Source: Phoronis australis (lineage: Eukaryota; Animalia; Phoronida). Taken from it: DNA of 64,000 bases. Each line of letters starts with the position of its first letter. Positions within the stretch are counted from its first letter, which is position 1. A model generated the notes under the pieces. That model searched no databases. It was given only the letters and a program-made list of their open reading frames with translations, and had not been told where the DNA came from. The stretch covers positions 379,110 through 443,109 of the forward strand of contig NMRA01000227.1 in the NCBI GenBank assembly GCA_002633005.1. Reading direction: 5' to 3'. Shown in pieces: positions 61,296 through 64,000 of the stretch. The position numbers and the translations under genes are program-made.

Positions 61296-63777
61296 TGCCA
61301 CCCTTACAGGAGAGACTGAACTGGTTACAACTAATACACTACCATTCACACACCCTGCGCAAACCAACTTGAGCCACAAAGAGGGCTTAAACAAAATTAA
61401 AAGTTTTTAATACAAATGAGGTATTAAACCAGACAGTATTAAAATTTGAATGCTCAAAAAGATGGGGTCGTGCGATATCTTCAGTCAAATTGCGAGATTC
61501 TAACCAACATGGAGGCTAGTTTGAATCCTTTCATTCAAAATCATTCCCATAAGATCAAACCTGCGTCCTGACTATTTTTAAGTCATTTGGACGAGAAAAC
61601 GCTTTTTGAACACAGCTTCCAGGATTCAAAATTATGACACCAGAATTTTTTAGTCAGGTCTAGCGGGAAAGCCCAGCAGTTTAAAAGGAAGGTTATCTTG
61701 CAAATCAAAATTATGTTCCAACCGCAAACTAGAATGGATTAACGCTAATGCAAAAGCAGCTATCTGAAAACGTCATGTTAGAGGCAATGGTTTTATCTTT
61801 ATGACCCAGATCAAGAGTCTGAACAAATGGAGGACAGGTGGCCAGTGACACTCTTGGCAACAAGCTACCAGGTTCCTAGGTTTTCCATTTTTAGGATTAA
61901 AGTCACAGAAAATGGTGAAACCTGGAAACCAACATACCTTTACAAATCAGTAGTCTTTTAGAAAGGTAGAATCCATAAATCAAACTCAGGCAAGACCACC
62001 ACCACAAAACATGCTGCCAGTGGCTGAGCACACAAGCTTCCATCTACTATAACAGAAGCATTTTGAGAGCCAATCTTTATAACTGTGTTCAGTCAAGGTC
62101 CATAACATGTCCTCCCTGGCCATCAAATGATAAAAGATGTGACTCATCCATAGTAGCAGTCTTATCAGTGTACTAACAGTCTCCTCAGTGCCCAACAAAC
62201 AGAAATGACCTAAGTAAATACAAGGGACTGGTCTGAGTCTACTCACAGGTATTGTATTGTGAATAATAAACAACTTGTGCAGGGGCCAGCACTGATTCAG
62301 TTTCAATAGCACTCCCTGCACTCTGAAAGAATCATTGAACTAGATAGAATACAGTCATAGTGACTTACCCTTTCACAACCAGTTTTCTCAACTGAATTAT
62401 ATAGGCTTTCAATATCAGGGATCCCTGTAACTCTCTGAGGTGAGGGAGGGAATAGTTGGTGCCTAAGGTGGGAGAAGGGTGGACAATTGTTAACTGGGGA
62501 AGATGGAAAATTGGTGCCAAAACTCAGTCAGATGCAAAACATCATTCTAGCATAAAGCAAATAGCATTACACACATCAAATAGCAGCACACACATATCAA
62601 AAATTTAGAAAAGTTGACAAAGATCATGACAAATCCTTCATTTAATCCAACTTCTCTGTAAGCATGTTAGTGGGCCTAACTTTCCAAAATCAGGTCAACC
62701 ACACTACTCATTATGAGAGGACAGGACTGTTAGTAACTATACTTCCCTTTATTGTTATTTAGTTGCTATTGTTCATTTATTCTCATGCTTAATGTCTTTG
62801 TAGCATCTCAGTCTAATGTATAGACTTTGTTACGTGGGATACACGCGTCACTACATGTGTCGCGCACTTCGCTAACAACAGGCTTTGGAGAAGGGTGTAT
62901 TTCCTTCTTTGGTCTATTTATGGAATTGAGCGTATATGTCATGTGCAACTGAACTGAAATGTATTGGTTAAGGTGAAATATGCATTTTAGTGTTCATTGG
63001 AGATTTGCTTTGTTACATCATATTTCTACCTCTGTACAAAAGGAAACTTTTAGGATGTGAAATTTAAGAAAAGGTGACCTCCCATTGATTCATTTAAGCA
63101 TTTTTCCTCACTTAGGATGTTGTTCATGGTAACAAAAATATAGTCCCATGGTACGGAAAATTTTTAAGACCAATTATGAGAGGATGAGTGACCTAATTTG
63201 GCTTTTGGTTGTTGGAGATTTACAGTTCGCAAATACTTGTAGAATGGGTGGCAAAGAAGTGGTGCCTGAACTGCTCTTTAGAGAAATTATTTGTGATACG
63301 AAATACTTGTCACCTACTCAACCTACATTTTTGTTGAGTCATAATAATGGAATAACTTTGAGATGGGTAACCATACATGTTTTCATGCAATCCATTCATC
63401 AAGGGAGACAACTTGAATGTAGTAACACTGTACTCAATACTGGCAAGGAGATACCTTGGCTCAACTCACAGTGAAAACTCTCAGGAAAAAGGAAAAAGCA
63501 TTCGAAGTCAAAGCCTTCATTCACATGAAAAATAGATTTACAGTGCTATTTTAAACAATTTAAAACCAACAGCAGAAAACCAGATGGGGAGAATGAGAGG
63601 AGCAGATCAAGTACCTAGTGAGCTAGGCAGCATCAAGATTATACTAGTACAGTACATCTTGCTATCATCAGCTGTCCTCTTTCCAGCAGCAATACATACA
63701 CCAACTTCAGAATCATCCTTAGAAAATCTTTTTACCAACCTTCCATAAATTGGGTCACATGAACACACCTTTTTACT

Positions 63778-63975
63778 ATGCGGAATTCTTGGAATTCCGT
63801 CAAGTATGTTGGTCTGACAGCAAGTTTTTACTTGGCAGAATTCTTCCGCCAAGTATGTTGCTCTGACAGCAAGTTTTTTTTTTTTTTTTACTTGGTAGAA
63901 TGTTTCCGCCAAATATGTTGCTCTGACAGCAAGTTTTTACTTGGCGAAATAAATTTCGCCAAGTATGTTGCTCTT
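63778..63975 (+). repeat. Tandem amplification of the HINE family B head hairpin (3-4 copies)
   Basis: ACTTGGCRGAA..TTCCGCCAAGTATGTTGCTCTGACAGCAAGTTTTT repeated. The last copy has the perfect hairpin ACTTGGCGAAA-TAAA-TTTCGCCAAGT. Confidence 0.8.
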
Positions 63976-64000
63976 CCACTAAGTTTGTTTTTTTTTTTTT

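Noticed and set aside
63607-63912. 101-aa minus-strand ORF
   Set aside because: Starts within the hairpin tandem repeat; no recognisable motif or convincing splice context.

Overview
Eukaryotic (animal, probably marine invertebrate) genomic window, AT-rich, with long spliceosomal introns and two N-gaps. Genes read from the sequence: the last two coding exons of transaldolase (TALDO1, +); a complete 3-exon, 81-aa small VCP-interacting protein gene (SVIP, -) that the ORF track misses; a complete 18-exon glutamine-dependent NAD+ synthetase (NADSYN1, +, about 710 aa, one GC-AG intron) head-to-head with SVIP across 227 bp; and a single-coding-exon GT31 beta-1,3-glycosyltransferase (-) with an unusual second, C-terminal transmembrane segment. 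Introns and intergenic DNA contain a 5'-deleted Copia with an intact 170-bp 3' LTR, a truncated CR1/L2-type LINE, several MITEs (TA, 5-bp and 6-bp TSDs), a 451-bp foldback element, a tRNA-like SINE head, many minisatellites and two families of non-autonomous Helentron (HINE/DINE-1-like) elements. The most striking signal: the main HINE family carries a 451-bp higher-order repeat of three ~150-bp monomers, each centred on a CTCF-consensus-like motif (CCACTAGRKGGCRC). This gives roughly 40 oriented motifs in three arrays, two of them convergent around the SVIP/NADSYN1 promoter. All coordinates were read by eye and no database searches were run.
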